From: a virus
Taxonomy: Duplodnaviria > Caudoviricetes
Virus record (IMG/VR): IMGVR_UViG_3300005841_000939
Reading direction: 5' to 3' (one strand)
DNA length: 64,000 nt
The first letter of the stretch is position 1. Every line of letters starts with the position of its first letter. Positions 10,467-19,767 of the stretch are shown here, piece by piece. The position numbers and the translations under genes were made by a program. The notes beneath the pieces were generated by a model. That model had not been told where the DNA came from and made no database searches. It saw only the letters and a list, made by a program, of their open reading frames with translations.

Positions 10467-10982
10467 TCACTTAAATTTATAAATGGTTGTGGGGATGTCG
10501 TTATTGATCCAAATTTCTTGGATCAAGGCTTCAAGGATATTCCAATCGCCACCAGCTAAACCAGCACCAAACATAGGAGCATGAATTGATCCTCCATTTT
10601 TTGATACTACTTTACGAACACGGTCCATAGCTTGAGCAACAGCCAAATATCTGATTGGAGCATTACCCTTTTCATCTTGCCCCATCATATGCTGGCCGAT
10701 CATATTGCAGATGATTGTATTTTTAGGTTCTACTTGAACGTATTGGACTTGACCCAAGGCAAATGGAATGCTGGTATCACCGACTTTCCAAATCTTGTCG
10801 CTATGCCATTTCTTATAGTTTACCCTGGGAGCATCCCAACGGGCATTTAAAGCAGCAACAAACCCACTTCCATAACCACCAATATCATTGCAAACATGGG
10901 GAATGAATTTAAGTCCTTCAACGACTGATTCTAAACAGTCTCCTTCAACATAATTGATGATGCTCATGGAAAAAATTGCCAA
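10467..10982 (-). CDS. macrodomain (ADP-ribose-processing) protein
   Basis: EGD, HVCNDIGGYGSGFVAAL, IHAPMFGAGLAGGDW. Confidence 0.8.
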   Translation of the reverse strand: MAIFSMSIINYVEGDCLESVVEGLKFIPHVCNDIGGYGSGFVAALNARWDAPRVNYKKWHSDKIWKVGDTSIPFALGQVQYVQVEPKNTIICNMIGQHMMGQDEKGNAPIRYLAVAQAMDRVRKVVSKNGGSIHAPMFGAGLAGGDWNILEALIQEIWINNDIPTTIYKFK

Positions 10983-11194
10983 TTCTCATCAGGACTGTAT
11001 TCACCTGCTTCAGCATCAAAGCCTGGTTGATTAAAACCAAACTCATGAAGTTTTTTCAAATCTTCTTCTGAAACCGGCTTTTGGGTAGCGTAGACGTATA
11101 TAATATCGTGATCAGCATCAACGTGATGGTCATCAGGATTATCATAATACTTTTGAAGGATTTTTAGACCTTCAATTATCTCATTGAGTTTCAT
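10964..11194 (-). CDS. small hypothetical protein
   Basis: 76-aa ORF, ATGA overlap with the upstream gene. Confidence 0.55.
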   Translation of the reverse strand: MKLNEIIEGLKILQKYYDNPDDHHVDADHDIIYVYATQKPVSEEDLKKLHEFGFNQPGFDAEAGEYSPDENWQFFP

Positions 11195-11748
11195 AGCCCA
11201 AATTGCTTTGTTAATTCTGCGATTGTTGGGAGGAATTTATCTTTCAACCGCTCATCATCAATTTTGAAAATTTGCAGGACGAATATACCGTGATTGATTT
11301 CTTTTTGCTTGATCTTTCTTTTTGATGTCACCAATGTCATATTATATTGGTGTGCAACTTGAGATAGACCGGCCATCATGGTCATATCCTTATTCATGGA
11401 AAGTGGCCACCAGAATAAATCAACGAAGATACGTTCCTGAGTCTCTATGGTATTGTATTGGTTCATACGACGCACGGCATCGCTGTTCAAAAAATCATCC
11501 CAAAATTCATCACTATCAATGAATTTGTCACCCATTTCAGCTTTGAACAAGCCAACACAACTATTCCAATGAACGCTTAATTCAAAATTTGCAAAAGCAA
11601 CAGCCTCATTCAAGAGTTTTTCAAGAGGACTTACCGGGATTTGGGAGAAGTCGCTAATTGGTTCATTTTCCTGATACTCATGATTATCTTGCATATGGGT
11701 GGCTTTCTGATTCGCTTTTGATGATAGTCGTTCAAAACGCACTGTCAA
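11191..11748 (-). CDS. hypothetical protein
   Basis: 185-aa ORF; start uncertain. Confidence 0.5.
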   Translation of the reverse strand: MTVRFERLSSKANQKATHMQDNHEYQENEPISDFSQIPVSPLEKLLNEAVAFANFELSVHWNSCVGLFKAEMGDKFIDSDEFWDDFLNSDAVRRMNQYNTIETQERIFVDLFWWPLSMNKDMTMMAGLSQVAHQYNMTLVTSKRKIKQKEINHGIFVLQIFKIDDERLKDKFLPTIAELTKQFGL

Positions 11749-11820
11749 ATAGTGTCCTGTTGCACTTTAAAATGCAACACATCATGCAACTGACACATTT
11801 GAAACAGACTAAACCATTAA

Positions 11821-11857
11821 AAAAGAAAACCCTTGACAAATTTCTCTGTCAAGGGTT
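11821..11857 (-). terminator. rho-independent terminator after the small tRNA cluster
   Basis: AACCCTTGACA/TGTCAAGGGTT 11-bp stem followed by TTCTTTTTT on the minus strand. Confidence 0.8.
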
Positions 11858-11862
11858 CTTTA

Positions 11863-11940
11863 TGGAGCGTTTACCGGGATTTGAACCCGGACCGTCAGCT
11901 TGGAAGGCTGTAATGCTAGCCGTTAAAACACCATAAACGC
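11863..11940 (-). tRNA. tRNA-Gly(TCC)
   Basis: cloverleaf, loop CTTCCAA, GGTTCAAATCC T arm, encoded CCA. Confidence 0.9.
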
Positions 11941-11945
11941 ACACT

Positions 11946-12021
11946 TGGTAGCCCCAGGGGGATTTGAACCCCCGTATCATGACTGAAAATCATGCGTACT
12001 AGGCCGCTGTACGATGGGGCC
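11946..12021 (-). tRNA. tRNA-Glu(TTC)
   Basis: CATGA-TTTTCAG-TCATG anticodon arm, encoded CCA. Confidence 0.9.
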
Positions 12022-12025
12022 ATAA

Positions 12026-12092
12026 TAATCTCAACAAAGTTTGCTCAAGTTATATTTTTTAGCGATGTAAACTTGTGCTGCATTTGAGATTA
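12026..12092 (-). ncRNA. Y RNA-like family, short copy 1 (no tRNA module)
   Basis: TAATCTCAA/TTGAGATTA terminal stem, AAATGC and TACAT motifs, second stem CAAGTT/AACTTG. Confidence 0.6.
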
Positions 12093-12094
12093 AA

Positions 12095-12171
<77 letters not shown>

Positions 12172-12238
12172 TTGGGAATTTAATTTGCGTTCATGTCTCA
12201 GTTGTCAAAATCTCACCATTACTGGCTTGATGGTATAT

Positions 12239-12472
12239 TTATACCAGATTTACATCATATGTCAACTGGCTTTTATTCTCTAATCGTTCACCCAATAAAT
12301 GATGTAAGGTACCCATGTCCTCAACAGTAGCATCGCGCCATGTCTTATAAGGTCTTCCAGGTGAGCAATCATCGTAACAATCCAAAGTTGAGGTTTCATA
12401 TTCAACTTGAAGGATTAAAACCTTGCTGAAAGGCCAACGACTTTTTCTAAAACGAAGTTTTCCAGTCATCAT
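12239..12472 (-). CDS. small hypothetical protein, paralogue of 12708-13091
   Basis: TGKLRFR...LQVE...WRDATVEDM motif. Confidence 0.55.
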   Translation of the reverse strand: MMTGKLRFRKSRWPFSKVLILQVEYETSTLDCYDDCSPGRPYKTWRDATVEDMGTLHHLLGERLENKSQLTYDVNLV

Positions 12473-12768
12473 ACTATTTGTCTCTTTAGCTTATTTATTT
12501 CTTCTTTGAAAAAAACGATTCTACGCCTAATATCAGCATTATGCATCTTAATAGCTTCTTTTTTCGTCTTTGCAAAATATCTTGTAATTGAACTTTTATC
12601 AATCAAATGCGATATGCGACCATCAGGCCAATGTACATCAAAACAATCTTCAAGCATGATTGATTGTGTTGTACGAACTTTTACTAGTTTTTCTGAATCA
12701 TAAAGTATCATAATGTTGTACCTAAAAATATTTGTGAAATGGTAGAAATTGTTGTGTCTTTCCACCAA
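12469..12768 (-). CDS. small hypothetical protein
   Basis: ORF-track frame; true start probably the ATG near 12711. Confidence 0.45.
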   Translation of the reverse strand: MVERHNNFYHFTNIFRYNIMILYDSEKLVKVRTTQSIMLEDCFDVHWPDGRISHLIDKSSITRYFAKTKKEAIKMHNADIRRRIVFFKEEINKLKRQIV

Positions 12769-13091
12769 TAAACGTGTTCACTAACAAAACCACCATATTT
12801 AGTCAATTCATGTTGAACAACTAATTTACCAAAAGATTCCCTAACCCTAACATTACCAGTTATGCATGTCGCTATTCCAGAGCCATTTCCGAATTTATAT
12901 TTCGGAAGTCTTTTCATCACATCGTTTAAATGTTCAACTTTTGCATCTTCCCAACGAGTAGAATTAAGAATGTCATTATCAACAGGAATTGAGGTTTCAT
13001 ACTTTGTGCCAATTTCAATTTGCACAATCACTTTCTTAAAAAGACCTAGTCTTTTTACATTAAATCTAAAATTTCCTGTCAAATATTCCAT
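12708..13091 (-). CDS. hypothetical protein with an internal duplication
   Basis: two TG..R....Q.E....W.D units. Confidence 0.55.
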   Translation of the reverse strand: MEYLTGNFRFNVKRLGLFKKVIVQIEIGTKYETSIPVDNDILNSTRWEDAKVEHLNDVMKRLPKYKFGNGSGIATCITGNVRVRESFGKLVVQHELTKYGGFVSEHVYWWKDTTISTISQIFLGTTL

Positions 13092-14314
13092 CAGCGAATA
13101 TCAATCCTAAATAACGATTTTTTACCATGACGAATAACAATGCTATTTTTCACAATATCGTTATCAGTCACAATGTATGTCATATCATTGATTTTTACAT
13201 CGTTGACAGAAATTGAATTTTCCTTGATCATTCTCTGACCTTCTGAATTTGATTGGGCAATTCCAATCTCTCTCAGTAACATTTTTAATTGTATACCAGT
13301 TTTAATGTCTTCAATTGAAATTACCTTACTTGGAATATTTTCTCCAGTCACATCTCCTGATTTTTTAAATCCTGATTTAATATCATACATTGTCCGACGG
13401 GCAGTAGGTTCACTGCGAACCATTGAGGTTACATCATATGCCAAAATTTCTTTAGCATGATTGATGTCAGTAGAAACCATTTCACTAATTTCTTTCAAAG
13501 GACGCATCGTTAAAAAACGTAGAAGTTTTTCAACATCTTTATCTGGCACATTGCGCCAGAATTGGAAGAAATCAAAATTAGAAGTCAGTTTTTCATCCAA
13601 CCAAATGTTTCCAGTTTCACTTTTTCCAAACTTCTTTCCATTTGATTGAGTAAGCAATGGAAATGTCAATCCGTATGTACGTTGAGAAAACTTTTTACGA
13701 ATCAAATCAATTCCCATAATGATATTACCCCATTGATCTTGACCACCTATTTGAATCGTACAACCATGCATAAAATTCAAATAATAAAAATCATATGCTT
13801 GCATCAACATATAATTGAATTCAAGTGCAGTCAAACCTGTACTCAGACGACTTTTAACTGAATCCATACTAAGCATATGAGCAACACTGAAATGCGGCCC
13901 AATAATTCGTAACATATCAACCCATGGAACTTTATTAAGCCATCCACTATTATTTAAGAAAAAATGATAATATGGATTTTCAACATCATAACAATCGCGC
14001 AATTGTCTTTCAATGAGTTGCGCATTCGTATCAACCTCCTCAACAGTAAGCATCTTTCTAGATTCTGATTTTCCAGAAGGATCACCAATTAAGGCAGTTG
14101 CTCCACCAATAAGAGAAATAGTCCTATGATTGCATTTTTGTAACCATTTCATACACATGATAGGAACAAGACTACCAACATGCAAACTGGATGCAGTAGG
14201 ATCAAATCCACAATATGCAGTAATTTGTTTATTAACTTCAAAATATTCTCGTAAATTATCATCAGTGGTCTGAAAAATCAAACCACGTTCAGCCATAATA
14301 TCATAAAAATTCAT
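13091..14314 (-). CDS. tyrS: tyrosyl-tRNA synthetase
   Basis: YCGFDPTASSLHVGS (HIGH-like), EFNYMLMQAYDF, QIGGQDQWGNI, KFGKS (KMSKS-like), C-terminal S4 domain. Confidence 0.95.
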   Translation of the reverse strand: MNFYDIMAERGLIFQTTDDNLREYFEVNKQITAYCGFDPTASSLHVGSLVPIMCMKWLQKCNHRTISLIGGATALIGDPSGKSESRKMLTVEEVDTNAQLIERQLRDCYDVENPYYHFFLNNSGWLNKVPWVDMLRIIGPHFSVAHMLSMDSVKSRLSTGLTALEFNYMLMQAYDFYYLNFMHGCTIQIGGQDQWGNIIMGIDLIRKKFSQRTYGLTFPLLTQSNGKKFGKSETGNIWLDEKLTSNFDFFQFWRNVPDKDVEKLLRFLTMRPLKEISEMVSTDINHAKEILAYDVTSMVRSEPTARRTMYDIKSGFKKSGDVTGENIPSKVISIEDIKTGIQLKMLLREIGIAQSNSEGQRMIKENSISVNDVKINDMTYIVTDNDIVKNSIVIRHGKKSLFRIDIR

Positions 14315-14319
14315 AAAGA

Positions 14320-14520
14320 TTATTCTTTCGGATTAAGCATTTCTAACAAATTCAATTCTGTCAAATCTTCAATAGATGCATCACACCACACCGGAGATTG
14401 GAAGATTTGCACCACTAAAACTATTTTATCATAATCAGGCTGTTGCACTCCTGGAATTTTTCCTCCAGGAACTTTAATTGTTTGCGGACGAAGTCTGAAT
14501 TTAGCGGCCATAACGTCCAC
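14320..14520 (-). CDS. small hypothetical protein
   Basis: 66-aa ORF. Confidence 0.4.
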   Translation of the reverse strand: MDVMAAKFRLRPQTIKVPGGKIPGVQQPDYDKIVLVVQIFQSPVWCDASIEDLTELNLLEMLNPKE

Positions 14521-15742
14521 TCCTGTTGAATGGGTTTAGAGGATGATATGATTCCCGTCTACCATCTTTATCCCAGGGATTCAGAAGACAGATTGGAACG
14601 TAAATGCCAATATACACAACCTGGATGAGAATCAACCACCAAGCTTTTTCCATTGGAATTTCAGGATCAAGATAATCAAACTTCTTCCAATTCTTGATCG
14701 CATAATTAGTTTCAATTTCTTTTTGAATCGCTGGAAGGGTCTTATCAGTCAACCCATATTTTAAAACATAGGTCTGAATGTTTACTTTCATCAAATCGGA
14801 TTCAGTCCACCCAAAAACTCTGCACCAATCAGGCTTTGCTGAATCTTTTCCTCCAGTTACAATGACAACATCGTTCTTTTTACCGCCAAACCATTTGGTT
14901 TCCAAATCTTGAGAAAGTGAACTGTCGCCATCAAATCCAACAAGAATTAAATTACAATGCTTCTGCGGCCCAATGATAGCATTGACCTGAGACAGCTTCC
15001 AAGAATTAACTTGAACAGTTCCCAGCACACGATTATTACTAAATTGATCAGTTGGCATTGGATAATCAAACAATGCAGGGTTCTTTTGGATTGTTTCCGA
15101 ATATTTGAAAACTGATGAACATGCTTTAACTCGGTTTTCCCAAGTCTTGATAGTTGTCGTCGGATAAACGTAATTATTTGCATTGATAGCAAAATAATCG
15201 TTTGGATCACCAGCAATCATTCTGCTGTTGTGCTCGGTTGTTCTACGATCTCCTGGACGAGCATCTTCGTGGCCGAACTTTGCCAAAATATTTTGATACC
15301 GAGAAGAATCAGTATCATGAGAACCTTCTAAGGTGTCCCAATAATACCAAGAATCGCCATGCCATCGTGTGGTAGGTTCCCAATGATCAAAAACTTTGGT
15401 TTCCCGACGCTCTTTATGCGATCCTGATTTGTATCTACGTCCTTTTGAATCAATTGAATAATCGGCAACATCTTCGTAATAATATTCGGTTCTATAAACC
15501 GCATATTCATAATATTCTTTCCACTTCGGAATAAATTGTGCTTGTGTTACTTGGCCCGACCAAACTTCTTGATCTTCTGTTGCGAAATAAACGCAAGCCT
15601 TATAGAAACAGAAGCTGATTACGATTGAAAGAACTGATGAAATCAGTGCCTCAAGAATATGCATTTTCTTGGTAAAGAGAAAAAGAAACACTGCTACCGA
15701 AATTGGTAGCAGTGCCAGAAACATGCACATCCACATGGACAT
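14501..15742 (-). CDS. membrane protein
   Basis: two N-terminal and one C-terminal hydrophobic segments around a large soluble domain. Confidence 0.7.
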   Translation of the reverse strand: MSMWMCMFLALLPISVAVFLFLFTKKMHILEALISSVLSIVISFCFYKACVYFATEDQEVWSGQVTQAQFIPKWKEYYEYAVYRTEYYYEDVADYSIDSKGRRYKSGSHKERRETKVFDHWEPTTRWHGDSWYYWDTLEGSHDTDSSRYQNILAKFGHEDARPGDRRTTEHNSRMIAGDPNDYFAINANNYVYPTTTIKTWENRVKACSSVFKYSETIQKNPALFDYPMPTDQFSNNRVLGTVQVNSWKLSQVNAIIGPQKHCNLILVGFDGDSSLSQDLETKWFGGKKNDVVIVTGGKDSAKPDWCRVFGWTESDLMKVNIQTYVLKYGLTDKTLPAIQKEIETNYAIKNWKKFDYLDPEIPMEKAWWLILIQVVYIGIYVPICLLNPWDKDGRRESYHPLNPFNRSGRYGR

Positions 15743-15748
15743 GATATT

Positions 15749-16336
15749 TTACTTTTCGATAGTGGTTTTCTTGGGGGACAATCCAAGGTCAGTATCATTA
15801 TCCTGACCTGTAGTGAACGCTTCTTGAGTCGCAGCCGAAGTTACAATCCAATGACTGATATCCTGTTTCTTTCTGCCAAACATGGAAAGAACCAATCCGC
15901 TTGGCTGAACATCAAACATATTGTCATGTTGCAAATTCACATCAACCAATTCCTTCTGAACTCGGTTGAACGTATCACGCTTGGCATTGACAATGTTCAT
16001 CAATTGTTTGAAACTCAGTTCAGGCAGAGTAGGACACGCTTCCTTCACCATCGTTACCAACGTTCCTCCATTTTTACCGCGAGCATTTGAATTGCCAACG
16101 ATAATGTTTGCGATGGCATCTGCCTCAGCCTGCGAAACTTGGGCAGACTGCTTGATGCTCTTGGACATATTATCATGTTCGGACTTGTTGGCTTCCACCT
16201 TGGCCAGAACTTGATTGTTGAGAACTGCTTCCTTGTTGAGGACACCAAGCCCCCACATGAAAACACCAATGAGGATGAGAATGCCGAGAACAGCAATCCC
16301 AAGCCCACATAGCAGCAGAATCTTATTCATTGACAT
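15749..16336 (-). CDS. LemA-like membrane-anchored helical protein
   Basis: N-terminal TM helix and helical-bundle pattern ending FDVQPSGLVLSMFG; family by recall only. Confidence 0.55.
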   Translation of the reverse strand: MSMNKILLLCGLGIAVLGILILIGVFMWGLGVLNKEAVLNNQVLAKVEANKSEHDNMSKSIKQSAQVSQAEADAIANIIVGNSNARGKNGGTLVTMVKEACPTLPELSFKQLMNIVNAKRDTFNRVQKELVDVNLQHDNMFDVQPSGLVLSMFGRKKQDISHWIVTSAATQEAFTTGQDNDTDLGLSPKKTTIEK

Positions 16337-16400
16337 GAAAGGGTCTCCTTGTTATGTGGGCTATCTTAGAATGTCTAGGCTTATGTCAATATATTTTTTA

Positions 16401-17240
16401 TTAACCTTCAAATTTCTTTTTAAGCTCAATATACTTGGAATATTCCTCAGTCTCGGTTGATGATGCTAATCCTTGAAGATTGAATTTGAATATTGAGGAA
16501 ATTACACCTTCACCATAAAAATTGGTTTCAACAAATTGTTGATTGCTCTTTGTACCTTCAACAGTCGCACCAGATTCCAAAGAACGTGGAGTAGGGACAG
16601 AATAACTACAAGGAATACAATTGTTTTGTGCAGAATATTCAGAATTCAATGATTTTGTTTTTCCATCTGAACAAATTGATGCACCAAATGTAATGTTATT
16701 TAAATCATCACCAGCCCAATTTACATTTTGATGCTGAATTTGACCACCAATCAATGTAGTTTGATCAAAAATTGTTGATGGTTGTCTGTATGGAGTGTTC
16801 CAATAACTTCCATTTGGATAAACGCCACCATAAACGTTGTGCCATGGATCATAAACTTTAACAGGTTGTGAAAATAATTTTCTAGCTTTTTCAACTTCAA
16901 ATACAATTGAACCATTATCCTTTGAAGTTGGATCAGAAACAGCTTCATGTGCTTTGCGAACAAATTTGAACTTTTTATCACTATTCAAAAAACGTTCAAG
17001 ATTTACATTTTGGAATGCATTAACAATGAATCCATCACCGAAAATATCAGTACCATCAATTGAAAGCTTCAATTTAATGGCAACATCATTCATATTTTTA
17101 ATTAAGAATTTATATTCCGAATCAAATGGTAAAACTACACGACAACTGCGGGTTTTATCATTTTTAGCAACATCATATTCACGATATGCTGAGCCTGTAT
17201 TACTTAGAACGGAAATAACCGTATCATTTATGTGCATCAT
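16401..17240 (-). CDS. hypothetical protein
   Basis: 279-aa ORF with GGAG RBS. Confidence 0.65.
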   Translation of the reverse strand: MMHINDTVISVLSNTGSAYREYDVAKNDKTRSCRVVLPFDSEYKFLIKNMNDVAIKLKLSIDGTDIFGDGFIVNAFQNVNLERFLNSDKKFKFVRKAHEAVSDPTSKDNGSIVFEVEKARKLFSQPVKVYDPWHNVYGGVYPNGSYWNTPYRQPSTIFDQTTLIGGQIQHQNVNWAGDDLNNITFGASICSDGKTKSLNSEYSAQNNCIPCSYSVPTPRSLESGATVEGTKSNQQFVETNFYGEGVISSIFKFNLQGLASSTETEEYSKYIELKKKFEG

Positions 17241-17371
17241 TTTGTCTCCTTTGTTTTAATCCGAACGATTAGCGGATGGGTTATTTAAATCGTTAGACAA
17301 ATGCAATTTTTCAAATGGCAGTCCATAAGACAACCATGCACCAATTATATATAAAAAATTTATTTCTTCAA

Positions 17372-18538
17372 TTATTTGTTTTTATCGCGAATCATATTGC
17401 GATATGAATCAATATAATCTTTTGTTTCCTGAGGGGCAGCTTTTCTAATCCAAGCACTACCATACCGTTTCCATGCATTGGCAACCTTTGCCGGACCCCA
17501 ATTGTATGCCCCAAGAACCGTCTCATAAGTAATAGGTGTCTTGTATGCTTTCAGCATTTCAGGAATACGTGTGTTGAAGTAATATTTGCATATTTCTTCA
17601 CTATTATTTTTAATGTGATTCCAATCATCAAAATCATAATCTTTTTTCAAACCCTTAATAGCATCTTCCCAAGCACCAGCACGCAATTGAAATTTTCCGC
17701 GCGCATCCGTTCCTTCGTTATGAGCAGAATGATCGTTTTTACTTTCAATAGTTCCAATAATTTTTACATCAATTGTTTTGGGAATAACAAATGCTGGTTT
17801 AGGAGTAATAGCTGGTGGACGAACGATTGGAAGACTTGGTGCTACTTGACGGATTGGAATTGAGAAAATTTTATTTTCTACGAGGGTTGATTCATTACCA
17901 CCAATCGTAGGTGGCATCATTACCGCAAGAGCCATTATCAATGCCGCACTTCCAAACTTGGCAGTGTTTCTAACTTTCTCAGAAAGCACAGAGAAGTCCT
18001 TGATAATAATAAATCTCATATCGGCATTCGCTAATTGGTTAATATCACAATGATCGAATGATTCTAGTTTGGCATTGTATAGTGTCAATGATCCCTTGTT
18101 GGAAATATGATTTTTCCATAAACCAAGTGATAGATTGAACTTACCTAGTTCAGTAAATAATGTATCACCGCTAACAAGGACACCATGACGTTCTATCATA
18201 GCCTCGTAAAGCTGTAATCCATATCCTTTACTTCTTTCGTTTTTTTCAGTACATACCATTTCAACAAATGGAATCACTGAACCATCTTTAAATATTTCAC
18301 CATTACCTTTTTTATATTTTATTTCACATGCAGAAATGCAATCTTCAGGATAACATTTATTGGTTTTAAACAAACCATAAATCATAAATCCATCTTGTTG
18401 ATCAACTCCAAAATATAATTCACCAATTTGTTTTATAAAAACTGGCCAATGCCAGCCAAAATCTTTTGGTGATGAAAAAAATGTGGAAGTATCTTCTGAA
18501 TTAAGATTACTTTTTTCCACTACCTTTATTATTGGCAC
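17372..18538 (-). CDS. lytic transglycosylase (SLT-like) C-terminal domain protein
   Basis: IGTIES...ARGKFQL...LGAYNWGP...PQETKDYI; hydrophobic linker; GNAT-like N-terminal region. Confidence 0.7.
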   Translation of the reverse strand: MPIIKVVEKSNLNSEDTSTFFSSPKDFGWHWPVFIKQIGELYFGVDQQDGFMIYGLFKTNKCYPEDCISACEIKYKKGNGEIFKDGSVIPFVEMVCTEKNERSKGYGLQLYEAMIERHGVLVSGDTLFTELGKFNLSLGLWKNHISNKGSLTLYNAKLESFDHCDINQLANADMRFIIIKDFSVLSEKVRNTAKFGSAALIMALAVMMPPTIGGNESTLVENKIFSIPIRQVAPSLPIVRPPAITPKPAFVIPKTIDVKIIGTIESKNDHSAHNEGTDARGKFQLRAGAWEDAIKGLKKDYDFDDWNHIKNNSEEICKYYFNTRIPEMLKAYKTPITYETVLGAYNWGPAKVANAWKRYGSAWIRKAAPQETKDYIDSYRNMIRDKNK

Positions 18539-19115
18539 GTTTTGTTCTCTTTGACTCTAAGAGTCTGCGTCCTTCAAAATACGCTGCTTTAGCTTGATCA
18601 GCGGTAATTGGTTGGGCTTGTGTTGGATCTACTTCAACTTCTGTATCAACAACGTCTATACCTTCTGGTTCTTGTCCATTTTGTGGCAATTCATCTTGTG
18701 GTGCAGGAAGTGCATTTTGAATTTGTCCAAAATTTGTATTAATATAACCAACAACTTCACTTGTATTGAATTTGTCGCTTACAATACCCTTACTTTGAAG
18801 AATATAACCAATAGTAATTAACAAACTACTAATTTCAGCGTGAGCATCTTCAATTTCATTTTGATTGCCGTCAGTTGATGACGCTTCAACATCTGAACGT
18901 GGTTCATCAATAGGTGTTGTATCACCATTTGTTACTGTAGTTTGTGCAGTACTATCAGGAACAACACCATTAACAATACCACCACCTACACTGGTATCAT
19001 CATTTACATCATCAACAGTTTGACCTGGAATTTCTTCAGTTGGAATACCATAAACAGGATATCCGAAAGATTGTTCAGCTAATTTGCGCAGGCGTGATTG
19101 AAATGATTTGTCCAT
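18507..19115 (-). CDS. acidic hypothetical protein
   Basis: 202-aa ORF with TATAAATA 16 nt upstream (19131-19138). Confidence 0.6.
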   Translation of the reverse strand: MDKSFQSRLRKLAEQSFGYPVYGIPTEEIPGQTVDDVNDDTSVGGGIVNGVVPDSTAQTTVTNGDTTPIDEPRSDVEASSTDGNQNEIEDAHAEISSLLITIGYILQSKGIVSDKFNTSEVVGYINTNFGQIQNALPAPQDELPQNGQEPEGIDVVDTEVEVDPTQAQPITADQAKAAYFEGRRLLESKRTKRANNKGSGKK

Positions 19116-19162
19116 GTTACCCTCATCTCATATTTATATATTTTATGAGCGAATATAACTTT

Positions 19163-19687
19163 TTATGCCTTTCGGCTAACAATCCAGACTCCACCCTTTT
19201 CTTCAACATTGGCAATGTCTTTGATAATTTCTGTAACTTTCTTGACAACTTCAACACAACGGTATTGATGTTTCATTTCTCTACCGCGCAATTTGAATGA
19301 AAGTGTAACTTTACTACCTTCTTCAATAAATTCTTGAATTTTCTTGACCTTTACTTCAAGATCAGCAATTTCAATATTTGGCGTTAGACGAATTTCTTTA
19401 TCATCCGGTGCTTTATGCGTATTATCTTTAACTTTTTTCTTTTGTTCAAAGACATACTTGCCATAATCCATGATTTTTGCAACTGGTGGGTTTGCCTCTG
19501 GAGCAATTTCCACCAAATCAAGACCTACTTCTCTTGATTTCTGCAACGCTTCTTTGTTTCCTATCACTCCAACATTTTCACCATTTTGATCAATCAGACG
19601 GACTTTCCAAGCCTTTATCTGATCATTAATTCGCAATCCATTTGCGGCTTGCTGTGGCTGTTCTCTGAAACTCTTTTTAGGAAACAA
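19163..19687 (-). CDS. infC: translation initiation factor IF-3
   Basis: RINDQI...VRLIDQNGENVGV...GLDLVEIAPEANPPVAKIMDYGKY...KEIRL...GRE; UUG start after GGAG. Confidence 0.92.
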   Translation of the reverse strand: MFPKKSFREQPQQAANGLRINDQIKAWKVRLIDQNGENVGVIGNKEALQKSREVGLDLVEIAPEANPPVAKIMDYGKYVFEQKKKVKDNTHKAPDDKEIRLTPNIEIADLEVKVKKIQEFIEEGSKVTLSFKLRGREMKHQYRCVEVVKKVTEIIKDIANVEEKGGVWIVSRKA

Positions 19688-19767
19688 ACGTGTAACTCCT
19701 GACCATTGGGTCTGAATAGTTGATAGCTTATATACTACTTACTTTATCTACAGCGTCAAATAAAGAA

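Noticed and set aside
17255-17310. Possible Y RNA-like hairpin upstream of 16401-17240
   Set aside because: Only an AACGATT/AATCGTT stem. No RAATGC/TACAT layout on the coding strand.
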